This document shows, piece after piece, positions 9,280-20,585 of a DNA stretch of 64,000 nt. The number at the start of each line of letters is the position of its first letter. Position 1 is the stretch's first letter. A program made the translations under genes and the position numbers. The stretch is from an uncultured delta proteobacterium (GTDB taxonomy: Bacteria > Myxococcota > Myxococcia > Myxococcales > Anaeromyxobacteraceae). The DNA lies in assembly GCA_963814585.1 (NCBI GenBank), contig CAWFDF010000008.1, positions 224,001-288,000 on the forward strand, written 5' to 3'. The notes under the pieces were generated by a model. The model did not search any database, had not been told where the DNA came from, and saw only the letters and a program-made list of their open reading frames with translations.

Positions 9280-10158
9280 ATGAGGATGACGAGGCGAGCG
9301 TTCTTCAAGGTGGCGGGCGTCACGGCCGGCACCGGTCTTGCCGTGGCGGCCACGGCGCGGGCGGCGGACCCGGCCCCGGCCGACGAGTCGCTCCCCGGCG
9401 TGCTGGTCGACACCACCCGCTGCGCCGGCTGCCGGGCCTGCGAGGCGGCCTGCGCCGAGACCAACAAGAACCCGGCCCCCGCCGAGAGCGCCGACATGTC
9501 GGTGCGCCGCGACACCAGCCAGCACGTCTTCACGGTGATCAACCGGGCCGAGGGCCCGGGTGGCGTGGAGCGCTTCGCGAAGAAGCAGTGCATGCACTGC
9601 CTCGCCCCGGCCTGCGCCTCGGCCTGCCCGGTCCGGGCCATGGACAAGCTCCCCACCGGCCCGGTGGTCTACGACGCGTCCAAGTGCATGGGCTGCCGCT
9701 ACTGCATGGTGGCCTGCGCCTTCGACATCCCCAAGTACGAGTACGAGCGGGCCGCGCCGCGCGTGCGCAAGTGCACCTTCTGCGCCGAGCGCCAGGCCGA
9801 GGGCCTCGAGCCGGCCTGCACCTCGGTCTGCCCCACCGGCGCGCTCACCTTCGGCAAGCGGGCCGCGCTGCTCGAGGAGGCCAAGCGGCGCATCTACGCC
9901 GAGGGCTCCAGGTACGTGCGCCGCGTCTACGGCGAGCGCGAGGCCGGCGGCACCAGCTGGCTCTACATCTCGGACATCCCCTTCGAGCAGCTGGCGCTCA
10001 ACACCGGGATGCCGGAGCGCCCGTACACCGAGCTGGTGGCCGGCGCGCTGGGCGCTCCCCCCTTCGTCATGACGCTCTGGCCGCCGCTGCTGATGGGGCT
10101 CTACACGTTCTCGAAGCGCCGTGAAGAGGTCGAGGAGAAGGAGGAGCACCATGGCTAA
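9280..10158 (+). CDS. Tat-exported 4x[4Fe-4S] ferredoxin subunit (HybA/HmcB-like) with C-terminal anchor
   Basis: TRRAFFK Tat motif; CAGCRACEAAC, CMHCLAPACASACP, CMGCRYCMVAC, KCTFC..PACTSVCP; YGEREAGGTSWLY. Confidence 0.9.
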   Translation: MRMTRRAFFKVAGVTAGTGLAVAATARAADPAPADESLPGVLVDTTRCAGCRACEAACAETNKNPAPAESADMSVRRDTSQHVFTVINRAEGPGGVERFAKKQCMHCLAPACASACPVRAMDKLPTGPVVYDASKCMGCRYCMVACAFDIPKYEYERAAPRVRKCTFCAERQAEGLEPACTSVCPTGALTFGKRAALLEEAKRRIYAEGSRYVRRVYGEREAGGTSWLYISDIPFEQLALNTGMPERPYTELVAGALGAPPFVMTLWPPLLMGLYTFSKRREEVEEKEEHHG

Positions 10159-11374
10159 CGCCACCGCCGCTTCGCTGGCCGGCAGCTCGTCGTTCTTCCG
10201 CGAGAAGATCTTGCTGGGCATGGGCTGGGGCGAGTACCTCCGCTCCCTGCTCACTCCGGGCAACGCCGTGGCCGCCGTCATCCTGGTGGTCGGCCTCCCG
10301 CTGCTCGCCTACCGGTTCGCGGCCGGCCTGGGCGCCACCACGGCCCTGTCCCAGGCCTACCCCTGGGGCCTCTGGATCGGCTTCGACATGATGACCGGCA
10401 TCGTCCTCGCCGCCGGGGGCTTCACCGTCGGGGCCACGGTCCAGCTGCTCGGCCTGAAGGACTACCACGCCATCGAGCGGTCGGCGATCCTCACCGCCTT
10501 CCTCGGCTACCTGATGGCGATCTTCGGCCTGCTGGCCGACCTGGGCCGGCCCTGGAACATCGTCCAGGCCATCTTCAACTACGGCACCGCCTCGGCCCTC
10601 TTCGAGGTCGCCTGGTGCGTGATGTGCTACTCGACCGTCCTCTTCCTGGAGTTCACCCTGCCCTTCTTCGAGTGGCTCGGCTGGCGGCGCATCCACGCCG
10701 TCCTCAAGAAGGCGCTCATCGCCCTCACCGTGATGTCGGTGGTCTTCTCCACCATGCACCAGTCGGCGCTCGGGTCGCTCTTCCTGCTGGCGCCCACCAA
10801 GCTCCACCCGCTCTGGTACTCGCCCTTCATCTTCATCTTCTTCTTCATCTCGGCGATCCTGGCCGGGATCGCCATGGCCATCATCGAGAGCTCCATCTCG
10901 CACCGGGTCTTCGCCCGCCAGCTGGGTGGGCAGCACGTCGACGTGGACAAGCTGGTGGTCGGCCTCGGCAAGGCCGGCGCGGTGGTGTCCTTCGCCTACT
11001 TCTTCATCAAGCTGCAGGGCGTCATCGACGGACACGCCTGGGGTCACCTGGCCACCGGGTGGGGCGCGCTCTTCCTCGTCGAGACCGTCGGCCTGGTGCT
11101 GGTCCCCTCCTTCCTCTTCGCCTACGGTGCCCGCAACGGCCAGGCCGGGCCCGTCAAGCTGGCGGCGGTGCTGACGGTGTGCGGCATCATCCTCAACCGG
11201 CTCAACGTCGCGGTCATCGCCTTCAACTGGACCAACCCCGTCCGGTACGCGCCGAGCTGGATGGAGGTCTGGGTCTCGATCACGCTGGTCACGCTCGGCG
11301 TCGTCGCCTTCCGGTGGATCGTCAACCGCATGCCGATCCTCCGTGAGGACCCGGCCTTCCCGCAGGAACACTGA
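10151..11374 (+). CDS. NrfD/PsrC-family membrane quinol-interacting subunit (HybB/HmcC-like)
   Basis: YPWGLWIGFD, DLGRPW, SALFEVAWC, STMHQSALGSLF, KLHPLWYS; about 10 TM helices. Confidence 0.9.
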   Translation: MANATAASLAGSSSFFREKILLGMGWGEYLRSLLTPGNAVAAVILVVGLPLLAYRFAAGLGATTALSQAYPWGLWIGFDMMTGIVLAAGGFTVGATVQLLGLKDYHAIERSAILTAFLGYLMAIFGLLADLGRPWNIVQAIFNYGTASALFEVAWCVMCYSTVLFLEFTLPFFEWLGWRRIHAVLKKALIALTVMSVVFSTMHQSALGSLFLLAPTKLHPLWYSPFIFIFFFISAILAGIAMAIIESSISHRVFARQLGGQHVDVDKLVVGLGKAGAVVSFAYFFIKLQGVIDGHAWGHLATGWGALFLVETVGLVLVPSFLFAYGARNGQAGPVKLAAVLTVCGIILNRLNVAVIAFNWTNPVRYAPSWMEVWVSITLVTLGVVAFRWIVNRMPILREDPAFPQEH

Positions 11375-11394
11375 GCGGGCCATCCAGGGGGGCT

Positions 11395-11422
11395 GCGGCG
11401 CCGCGCTCATGCGCGGCGCCGC
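11395..11422 (+). terminator. Hairpin after NrfD-like gene (putative terminator)
   Basis: Perfect 12-bp stem GCGGCGCCGCGC-TCAT-GCGCGGCGCCGC followed by only a short T run. Confidence 0.45.
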
Positions 11423-11591
11423 GTCATTTCCGGGCCGCCCGGGACCCTTCCGCCTCCTCACCCCCTCGGACCAGGCCCGGGACCGGCCCGCACCGGACTC
11501 GACGCCAGCCAGGCGGCGCGCGCCCCCGCGGCCGGCCGGGTCCAGCCCGGCGAGGAGCTGCCTGGGCGCCGTGCGCCACCGTGGACCTGGT

Positions 11592-11664
11592 GCCCGTAGA
11601 GCGCCGTCGAAGTTCTCCACACATCCCCTCCACGACTGTAGAGCGCCGTTGAGTTCCTCCACGC
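11592..11664 (+). promoter_or_regulatory. Upstream activator sequence, copy 2
   Basis: GTAGAGCGCCGTCGAAGTTCTCCACA...TGTAGAGCGCCGTTGAGTTCCTCCACG; repeat of 8843-8915. Confidence 0.75.
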
Positions 11665-11757
11665 TTCCCTGCGGGAGCCCGTCCCCACCGGACGCGGTGG
11701 CACCTTCACCTACCTGGAAGTACGGGCCATTTGGCGTCGCCGCCGGGCCGAGCCGAC

Positions 11758-11774
11758 TTGGCCGCATCCTTGCT
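11758..11774 (+). promoter_or_regulatory. Sigma-54 -24/-12 promoter
   Basis: TTGGCCGCATCCTTGCT, 16/17 identical to 9009-9025. Confidence 0.8.
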
Positions 11775-11822
11775 ACTGCTCTCCATGGAGTCGCGAAGTA
11801 CCCGCCCGCAACGGAGACGGCA

Positions 11823-12563
11823 ATGACCCACGAATTCCTCAGCATCTACCCGGCCAAGCTCATGGAGTACGGCCTGGCGATCACCTACCTGCTGCTCTTC
11901 ATCCCCATGTGGCGCTACGTGCAGGGTGGCCGCCGCCAGGCCGCGGAGGCCGTGGTGCGCGGGCGCCGCGACGCCGAGCGCTGGCCTGCCGTCGCGGTGG
12001 CGGCCCCGTGGCCGAGCCTCGGCTGGTTCCAGGTCCCGGCAGGCGTGGCCCTCCACCCGGGTCACACCTGGGCCCGGCTCGACGCCGACGGCACCGTGGC
12101 GGTGGGCGTGGATGACTTCGCCCAGCGGCTGGTGGCGCCGACCCGCATCGAGCTGCCGCGCGCCGGCGCCGTGGTGGCGCAGGGTGAGTCGGCCGTGGCG
12201 CTGGGCGACGGCCACCGCACCGTGCCGCTGGTCTCCCCGGTCAACGGGACGGTGGTGGCGGTGAACCGCGCCGTGGCCGAGACCCCGGACCTGCTCCAGG
12301 ACCCCTACGGCGCCGGCTGGCTCTTCAAGGTGAAGGCCCCGCGGCTCGAGGCCGACCAGCGGCAGCTGCTCCACGCCCAGTCGGCGCGCCACTTCCTGGA
12401 TGGCGAGGCGGAGGCCCTGGCGATGCGGGCCAGCCCGGAGGTCGGACAGGTGCTGCAGGACGGCGGCGTGCCGGTCCACGGGCTGGCCCGGGCGCTGGCC
12501 GGGGACGCCGGCTGGGACGCGCTGGCCCGCGAGTTCTTCCACACCGAGAAGGGGACGCCATGA
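11823..12563 (+). CDS. Membrane-anchored glycine cleavage H (GcvH)-fold protein lacking the lipoyl-Lys
   Basis: N-terminal TM helix; HPGHTWA, VGVDDFA, SPVNGTVVAVN, DPYGAGWL; GGAG RBS. Confidence 0.82.
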   Translation: MTHEFLSIYPAKLMEYGLAITYLLLFIPMWRYVQGGRRQAAEAVVRGRRDAERWPAVAVAAPWPSLGWFQVPAGVALHPGHTWARLDADGTVAVGVDDFAQRLVAPTRIELPRAGAVVAQGESAVALGDGHRTVPLVSPVNGTVVAVNRAVAETPDLLQDPYGAGWLFKVKAPRLEADQRQLLHAQSARHFLDGEAEALAMRASPEVGQVLQDGGVPVHGLARALAGDAGWDALAREFFHTEKGTP

Positions 12564-12907
12564 CCACCACGCTCCGTCGGGCCCTGCGGATGACCAGCGC
12601 CGTCGTGCTGCTGGGCGCCGGCCTGGCCCTGGCCTACGAGCTGCCCCGCCTTCCCGGGCCCGTCGCCCTGAAGCGAGGCGCCGACAGCCCCGGCCTGGTG
12701 ACCTTCCGGCACGAGAGCCACGTCGACTCGGCCAAGCCCACCTGCCTGGCCTGCCACCCGGAGCGGTTCAGCCTGCTCGGCCGCACCGCCACCGAGAAGC
12801 GGCCGGACATCACCCACGATCGCATGACCGGGGGGCGCGACTGCGGCGCCTGCCACGGGAAGGAGGCCTTCGGCCTGGACGACTGCACCAACTGTCACGC
12901 GGAGTGA
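12560..12907 (+). CDS. Periplasmic triheme cytochrome c (c7-like)
   Basis: Signal peptide; VTFRHESH, CLACH, ITHDRM, CGACHGKEAF, CTNCH. Confidence 0.9.
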   Translation: MTTTLRRALRMTSAVVLLGAGLALAYELPRLPGPVALKRGADSPGLVTFRHESHVDSAKPTCLACHPERFSLLGRTATEKRPDITHDRMTGGRDCGACHGKEAFGLDDCTNCHAE

Positions 12908-12958
12908 GCGTAGCGTCACGGATGACCGCATCATGCTGAAAGGAAGAAGGAGACTGTC

Positions 12959-13660
12959 ATGACCACCATCTACGGAGCCATCGAACTGGTTGCGGTGTTC
13001 CTCGTCGGGCTGGCCGCGCGCGCCGGCATCGTCCTCGCCCTCGTCGTCTTGCTGGCCATCCCGGTCCTGCTCATCGCCGCCATGATGCGCGGCGCCGGCG
13101 AGCTGAAGAAGAGGTCGCTCGGCCTCCGCGAGGTGGCTGGGCTCATCTTCCGGCCCGACGCCTGGTACAGCGCCGGCCACACCTGGATGACCCGGCTCGC
13201 CGGTGGCTCGCTCCGCATCGGCCTCGATGCCCTCGCCCTCCGGCTCATGCCCACCGTCAACGGCGTCGAGCTGAAGCCGGCCGGGACCCGCGTCACCAGG
13301 GGCGCGACCATCGCCACCATCCACGCCGGCGCCCGCTCGCTGGCGATCCGCTCCCCGGTCGACGGCGTGGTGGTGGCCGCCAACGCCGCCGCGCTCCGCG
13401 ACCCGTCACTGGTCAAGAGCGACGGCTATGGCCGCGGCTGGCTGGTCACCGTGGCTCCCGCCAACATGGCCTTCGCCGACCTGCCCAGCGGCCGCTCCGC
13501 CGAGAAGTTCCTCCGCGAGGAGGCGGCGCGCTGGAACCACTTCGTCGAGGGTCGGCTCGGCTACGCGGCCGCCGACGGCGGCGAGCTGACGGCGCCGGCG
13601 CCCTGGCTGCTCGGCGACGAGGGCTGGCGCGAGCTGGCCGACGCCTTCGTCGACCGCTGA
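12959..13660 (+). CDS. Second membrane-anchored GcvH-fold protein lacking the lipoyl-Lys
   Basis: Hydrophobic N-terminus; GHTWM, RIGLD, SPVDGVVVAAN, DGYGRGWL, AADGG. Confidence 0.82.
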   Translation: MTTIYGAIELVAVFLVGLAARAGIVLALVVLLAIPVLLIAAMMRGAGELKKRSLGLREVAGLIFRPDAWYSAGHTWMTRLAGGSLRIGLDALALRLMPTVNGVELKPAGTRVTRGATIATIHAGARSLAIRSPVDGVVVAANAAALRDPSLVKSDGYGRGWLVTVAPANMAFADLPSGRSAEKFLREEAARWNHFVEGRLGYAAADGGELTAPAPWLLGDEGWRELADAFVDR

Positions 13661-13787
13661 GCTCAGCGGCCGGGTCCCGCCTCGCGGCGGTCCAGGCGCG
13701 GCTCCCGGCGGCCCGGTCCAGGGTCGCCGGCGGGCCGCGCCGGCGTTTCCGGGTGCCGGCGGGCCAGCCCCCAAGCCGATGGTGACC

Positions 13788-13966
13788 CGTGCCGCGCCCC
13801 AGGCAAGATGACGTGACGAGAGAGCCGAGACCGAAGCGAGGCTGGCGCCCGAGGAGGGAGCAGCGGAAGCGTAGCAGCGCTACGCTGAGCAGCGGACCGA
13901 CGAGGCCGCCTGCCGCAGCGAGAGGATCGGCTCTCGCAGTAGGCATCTTGCCTGGGGCGCGGCACG
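13788..13966. mobile_element. MITE/REPIN-like non-autonomous element, copy 1
   Basis: 23-bp perfect terminal inverted repeat CGTGCCGCGCCCCAGGCAAGATG; 159-bp core differs by 1 nt from the inverted copy at 24686-24844. Confidence 0.8.
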
Positions 13967-14102
13967 AGCCCCGGGAGCGGCAGCGCCGCCACGAAGAGGA
14001 GGCCGAGCACCGGCGCGGCGACGAGGAGCAGCGGCGTCGGGACGAGGCGCCGGGGCCGCCGGGGTGGCGAGGCCGGCCGGGCGGCTCCTCGAGGGCCCGG
14101 CC

Positions 14103-15755
14103 TCACTCGGCGACCAGCTCGCCACCACCCGTCCCCGGCTCGACGGCCGGGAGCCGGATGACGAAGCGCGCCCCGTGGCCCGGTGCGCGCTCCACGTCGA
14201 TGCGCCCACCGTGCCGTGTCACGATGCCGTAGACCACGGAGAGGCCGAGGCCGGTGCCCTTCTCCTTGGTGGTGAAGAACGGGTCGAAGATCTTGCGGAG
14301 GTTCTCGGGTGAGATGCCCGGCCCGGTGTCCTCGACGGCGATCTCGACGGTCCGGCCCCCGTCGGCGACCCGGGTCTCCAGCAGCAGCGTGCCGCCCTCC
14401 CCCATGGCCTCCATGGCGTTGAGGGCGAGGTTGACCACGGCCTGCCGCAGCTCGCCGAAGTCGGCCAGGACCGGCGGAAGCGGCTGGAGCCTGCGGTCGA
14501 GCCGGAGGCCGGCGATGCTGAGCTTGTGGCCGACGAGCTGGATCGACTCCTCGATGGCGGCGTTGGCGTCGACCGGCTCGAGCTTGAGCGGCCGCTCGCG
14601 GGCGAAGTCGAGCAGGTTGCGGACGATGGCCGAGCAGCGCCCGGCCTCCCGCTCCACCAGCGACAGGTTCCGGGTGAGCGTGGCGCGGCTGGCCGGGTCG
14701 GGGACGGCGGTCTCGAGCTGGCGCGTGACCAGCTTGGCGAAGGTGAGGATGCCGGCCAGGGGGTTGTTGATCTCGTGGGCGATCGACGCCGAGAGCTGGC
14801 CGAGCGAGGAGAGCTTCTCGGTCTGGACCAGCGCCGCCTGGGCCCTGCGCAGGTCGGCGGTCCGATCCTCGACCTTCTGCTCCAGCTCGACGTTGAGCGA
14901 CCTCAGGTCACCCTCGACGCGGCGCAGCGAATGGGTCATCTCGTTGAACGACCTGGCCAGGACCCCCAGCTCGCCGCGGTCGTCGACCTGGATCTCCTGG
15001 TCGAGCTGATCACGGGCGATCCGGCGGGTGCCCTCGAGGATGGCGGAGACCGGCTGGACCACCCTGCGGCGCGCGAAGGTGACCAGGGTCCCGCCGAGCA
15101 GCGTCACGCCGAGCACGGCCGCGGCCAGCCCGAACACCCGGGCCATGGACTGCCGGCGATCGGCCTCCTCGAGCGAGACCAGCACCTCCTGGATGCCCAG
15201 CACCTGGTCGCCGCGCGCATGGTGGTGGCAGGTCGAGGAGGAGCAGCGGGCCTCGTTGTGGATGGGGGTGATGACGTGGAGGGCGCGGTGCCCTTCCATC
15301 TCCACGACCCGGCTGGCCCGGTCGACGCTGAGCCGGGCGAGCGGCTGGGGGCCCTGGTGGCAGGGGCGGCACGACTCCTCGGTGCGATCGAGGATCAGCC
15401 CCTCCTCGCCGGAGACCGTGGAGAAGGTGATGGTGCCGTCCTTGTTGAAGACGCGGACCAGGTCGATGCCGGGCTGGCGCCCGATGGCCCGCATGATCTC
15501 GTAGGCGTCGGACCGGCGGTCCTCCAGCATGGCCCGCCGCGTGGCGCTGGAGATGGTCTCGCCGAAGAGGACCGCCCCGGAGAGGGCCTGCTCCATGAGC
15601 GCCTGGCGCATGGTCCGCTCGAAGGCGCCGTAGGCGATGAGCGAGCCGACGAAGAGGATGGCGGTCAGCGAGAGGAGCTGCGTGGAGAGCCGGTGGCGCC
15701 ACGGGATCCTCGCCGTGGGGTCCTGCTGCGGACCGGAGGTGGGTCCCCGCCTCAT
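14103..15755 (-). CDS. Sensor histidine kinase with periplasmic c-heme motifs (intact catalytic core)
   Basis: CRPCH, CSSSTCH, HAMP, AHEINNPL, NLALNAMEAM, DTGPGI, FDPFFTTKEKGTGLGL; start uncertain. Confidence 0.92.
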   Translation of the reverse strand: MRRGPTSGPQQDPTARIPWRHRLSTQLLSLTAILFVGSLIAYGAFERTMRQALMEQALSGAVLFGETISSATRRAMLEDRRSDAYEIMRAIGRQPGIDLVRVFNKDGTITFSTVSGEEGLILDRTEESCRPCHQGPQPLARLSVDRASRVVEMEGHRALHVITPIHNEARCSSSTCHHHARGDQVLGIQEVLVSLEEADRRQSMARVFGLAAAVLGVTLLGGTLVTFARRRVVQPVSAILEGTRRIARDQLDQEIQVDDRGELGVLARSFNEMTHSLRRVEGDLRSLNVELEQKVEDRTADLRRAQAALVQTEKLSSLGQLSASIAHEINNPLAGILTFAKLVTRQLETAVPDPASRATLTRNLSLVEREAGRCSAIVRNLLDFARERPLKLEPVDANAAIEESIQLVGHKLSIAGLRLDRRLQPLPPVLADFGELRQAVVNLALNAMEAMGEGGTLLLETRVADGGRTVEIAVEDTGPGISPENLRKIFDPFFTTKEKGTGLGLSVVYGIVTRHGGRIDVERAPGHGARFVIRLPAVEPGTGGGELVAE

Positions 15756-15829
15756 GGTTCGCCGCGCCTGGGCATGGTCCTGGATGTCATCATCCCCCTT
15801 GGAGGCACGCGCGCGCCGTCGAGACGTCG

Positions 15830-15909
15830 GTGCCCAGACCCCGGCAAGGTGCCTGCAGCGAGAGGATCGGCCCTCTCGTCGCGTCATCCTGCCTGGGTCA
15901 CGGCACTAG
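15830..15909. repeat. Internally deleted, degenerate copy of the MITE-like element
   Basis: GTGCCCAGACCCCGGCAAGGTGCCT...GCAGCGAGAGGATCGGC...CTCTCGTCGCGTCATCCTGCCTGGGTCACGGCACTAG keeps both arms and the terminal CTAG. Confidence 0.7.
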
Positions 15910-16064
15910 CATGCACCGGGCCGGACCCGGACCGTCGCAGGGGGGGCGAGACATTCGGGCGCGTGGCGAATCGCCGCGGGCGCCTGGCGCCAGGGGATGC
16001 GGGTCGGGCCGCCGGCGGCGAGGAGGTCCTTTCCGCCGCGCCCGGTCGGTGGTGGGATACCGGC

Positions 16065-16853
16065 ATGACGCCAGCCCAGCACCGTTCCTTCACCGAGTCG
16101 GTCCTCGCCCGGGTCGCCGCCGATCACGACGTCCTGGGCCTGGTCGGGCTCGGCTCGACCTCGGGCCTGCCGCCCGGGCCCGACGACTTCTCGGACCACG
16201 ATCTCTTCGTGATCACCCGCCCCGGAGCCCAGGAGCGCTACCGCCGGGACCTGGGCTGGCTCCCGGGCTCCGCGGGGCCGGTGGCGCTCTCGCTCCGCGA
16301 GACGGCCCACGGGGTGAAGGTGCTGTTCCAGGATGGCCACCTCGTCGAGTTCGCCGCCTTCGACCTCGAGGAGCTGGCGCTGGCGAAGGTCAACCGGTAC
16401 GCCGTGCTCCTCGACCGGGCCGACGTGGCGGCCCGGCTCTCGAGGGTGCGTGAGGCCACCGCCGCCGCGGTCGCCGGCCAGCACGTGGACGAGGCCTGGC
16501 AGGCCGGCCAGCTCCTCACCACGCTGGTCGCCGGGGCGGGGCGGGCCGCTCGAGGCGAGCGCCTCTCGGCTCACCAGCTGATCCGGGTGGCGGCGCTCGG
16601 CCACCTGGTCGCGCTCCTGCGCGCCGCCCTGCCCCCGGGGGCCACGGAGGTGCTCGACGACCTGGATCCGTACCGCCGCCTGGAGCGGGCCCTCCCCGAG
16701 GCGGCGCGACGGATCGAGGAGGCCCTGCGCCTGACCGCGGTCGGCGCCGCGGGCGCGCTGCTGGCGATCCTGCTCGACGAGCGGCCGGGGCTGGTCGGCC
16801 CGCTGGCCCGGTCGGCGGTCGAGCGGGCCCTGGAGCGGGCCTCGGCGGCCTGA
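16065..16853 (+). CDS. Pol-beta superfamily nucleotidyltransferase (lincosamide/aminoglycoside NTase-like architecture)
   Basis: VLGLVGLGS...DDFSDHDLFV (hG[GS]-DXD), GHLVEF, helical C-terminal domain RGERLSA. Confidence 0.6.
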   Translation: MTPAQHRSFTESVLARVAADHDVLGLVGLGSTSGLPPGPDDFSDHDLFVITRPGAQERYRRDLGWLPGSAGPVALSLRETAHGVKVLFQDGHLVEFAAFDLEELALAKVNRYAVLLDRADVAARLSRVREATAAAVAGQHVDEAWQAGQLLTTLVAGAGRAARGERLSAHQLIRVAALGHLVALLRAALPPGATEVLDDLDPYRRLERALPEAARRIEEALRLTAVGAAGALLAILLDERPGLVGPLARSAVERALERASAA

Positions 16854-17130
16854 GCCCGCCACCTTGAGGCGCGTGGCCCCGCCCACCGGCGGCGAGCTGC
16901 CGCCGAGCGCGTGGTGGGAGCACGGGGTGCCGGCCGGCCTGGCCCGACCCGCTGCGTCGCGGGGCTGCGACGAATTGTCCTCGCACTCCCGGTCATGGTC
17001 CCGGGCCCGGATCCGGCGCGGCCCTGGACCCCGCTGCCGAGGGCCTCGCGACGTGGATTCCCCGTGGTCAGGGCCCGCCGCAAGCGCCATTTCTGGCCCG
17101 GACGGGTCCAGTATGAGCGAATCCAATGCC

Positions 17131-17160
17131 TTGACAGGTGCGCCCACTCTTGATGTTTAG
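17131..17160 (+). promoter_or_regulatory. Possible sigma-70 promoter of icd-mdh
   Basis: Perfect TTGACA at 17131 in an AT-richer patch; the -10 box is weak. Confidence 0.35.
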
Positions 17161-20421
<3,261 letters not shown>

Positions 20422-20447
20422 CTCCCGGCTCCTCGAGCCGAAGTCCG

Positions 20448-20479
20448 GAGGCCCCGGCCGCGATCGCGACCGGGGCCTC
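20448..20479 (+). terminator. Hairpin downstream of mdh
   Basis: GAGGCCCCGG...CCGGGGCCTC 10-bp perfect stem; no U-tract. Confidence 0.45.
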
Positions 20480-20585
20480 GCCGTGTCCGGGGTGGTGGCG
20501 TGGACCGACGCGGCGCTGCCGCCGAGCCCCATCTCGCCGCCGTGGCGATGCAGCGGTGCCCCCACCGAGGAGGTAGAGTCTTGCC

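Noticed and set aside
9240..9290. Selenocysteine read-through of the TGA at 9256-9258 into the in-frame FeS gene
   Set aside because: The TGA is not at a Cys-like motif position, no clear SECIS follows, and the FeS gene has its own RBS and N-terminal Tat signal.
9280..11374. Calling this a hydrogenase-2 operon
   Set aside because: No small or large NiFe subunit and no maturation genes in the window.
8843..11664. CRISPR array interpretation of the repeated blocks (also 22422-22486)
   Set aside because: Too few units, no regular repeat-spacer periodicity, no cas genes.
11823..13660. Calling these genes gcvH (glycine cleavage system)
   Set aside because: Lipoyl-Lys absent, TM anchors present, and no gcvP/gcvT in the window.
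13663..14232. ORFs spanning the MITE-like element (also 24674-25627)
   Set aside because: Identical peptide stretches merely reflect the DNA repeat; no transposase motifs or RBS.
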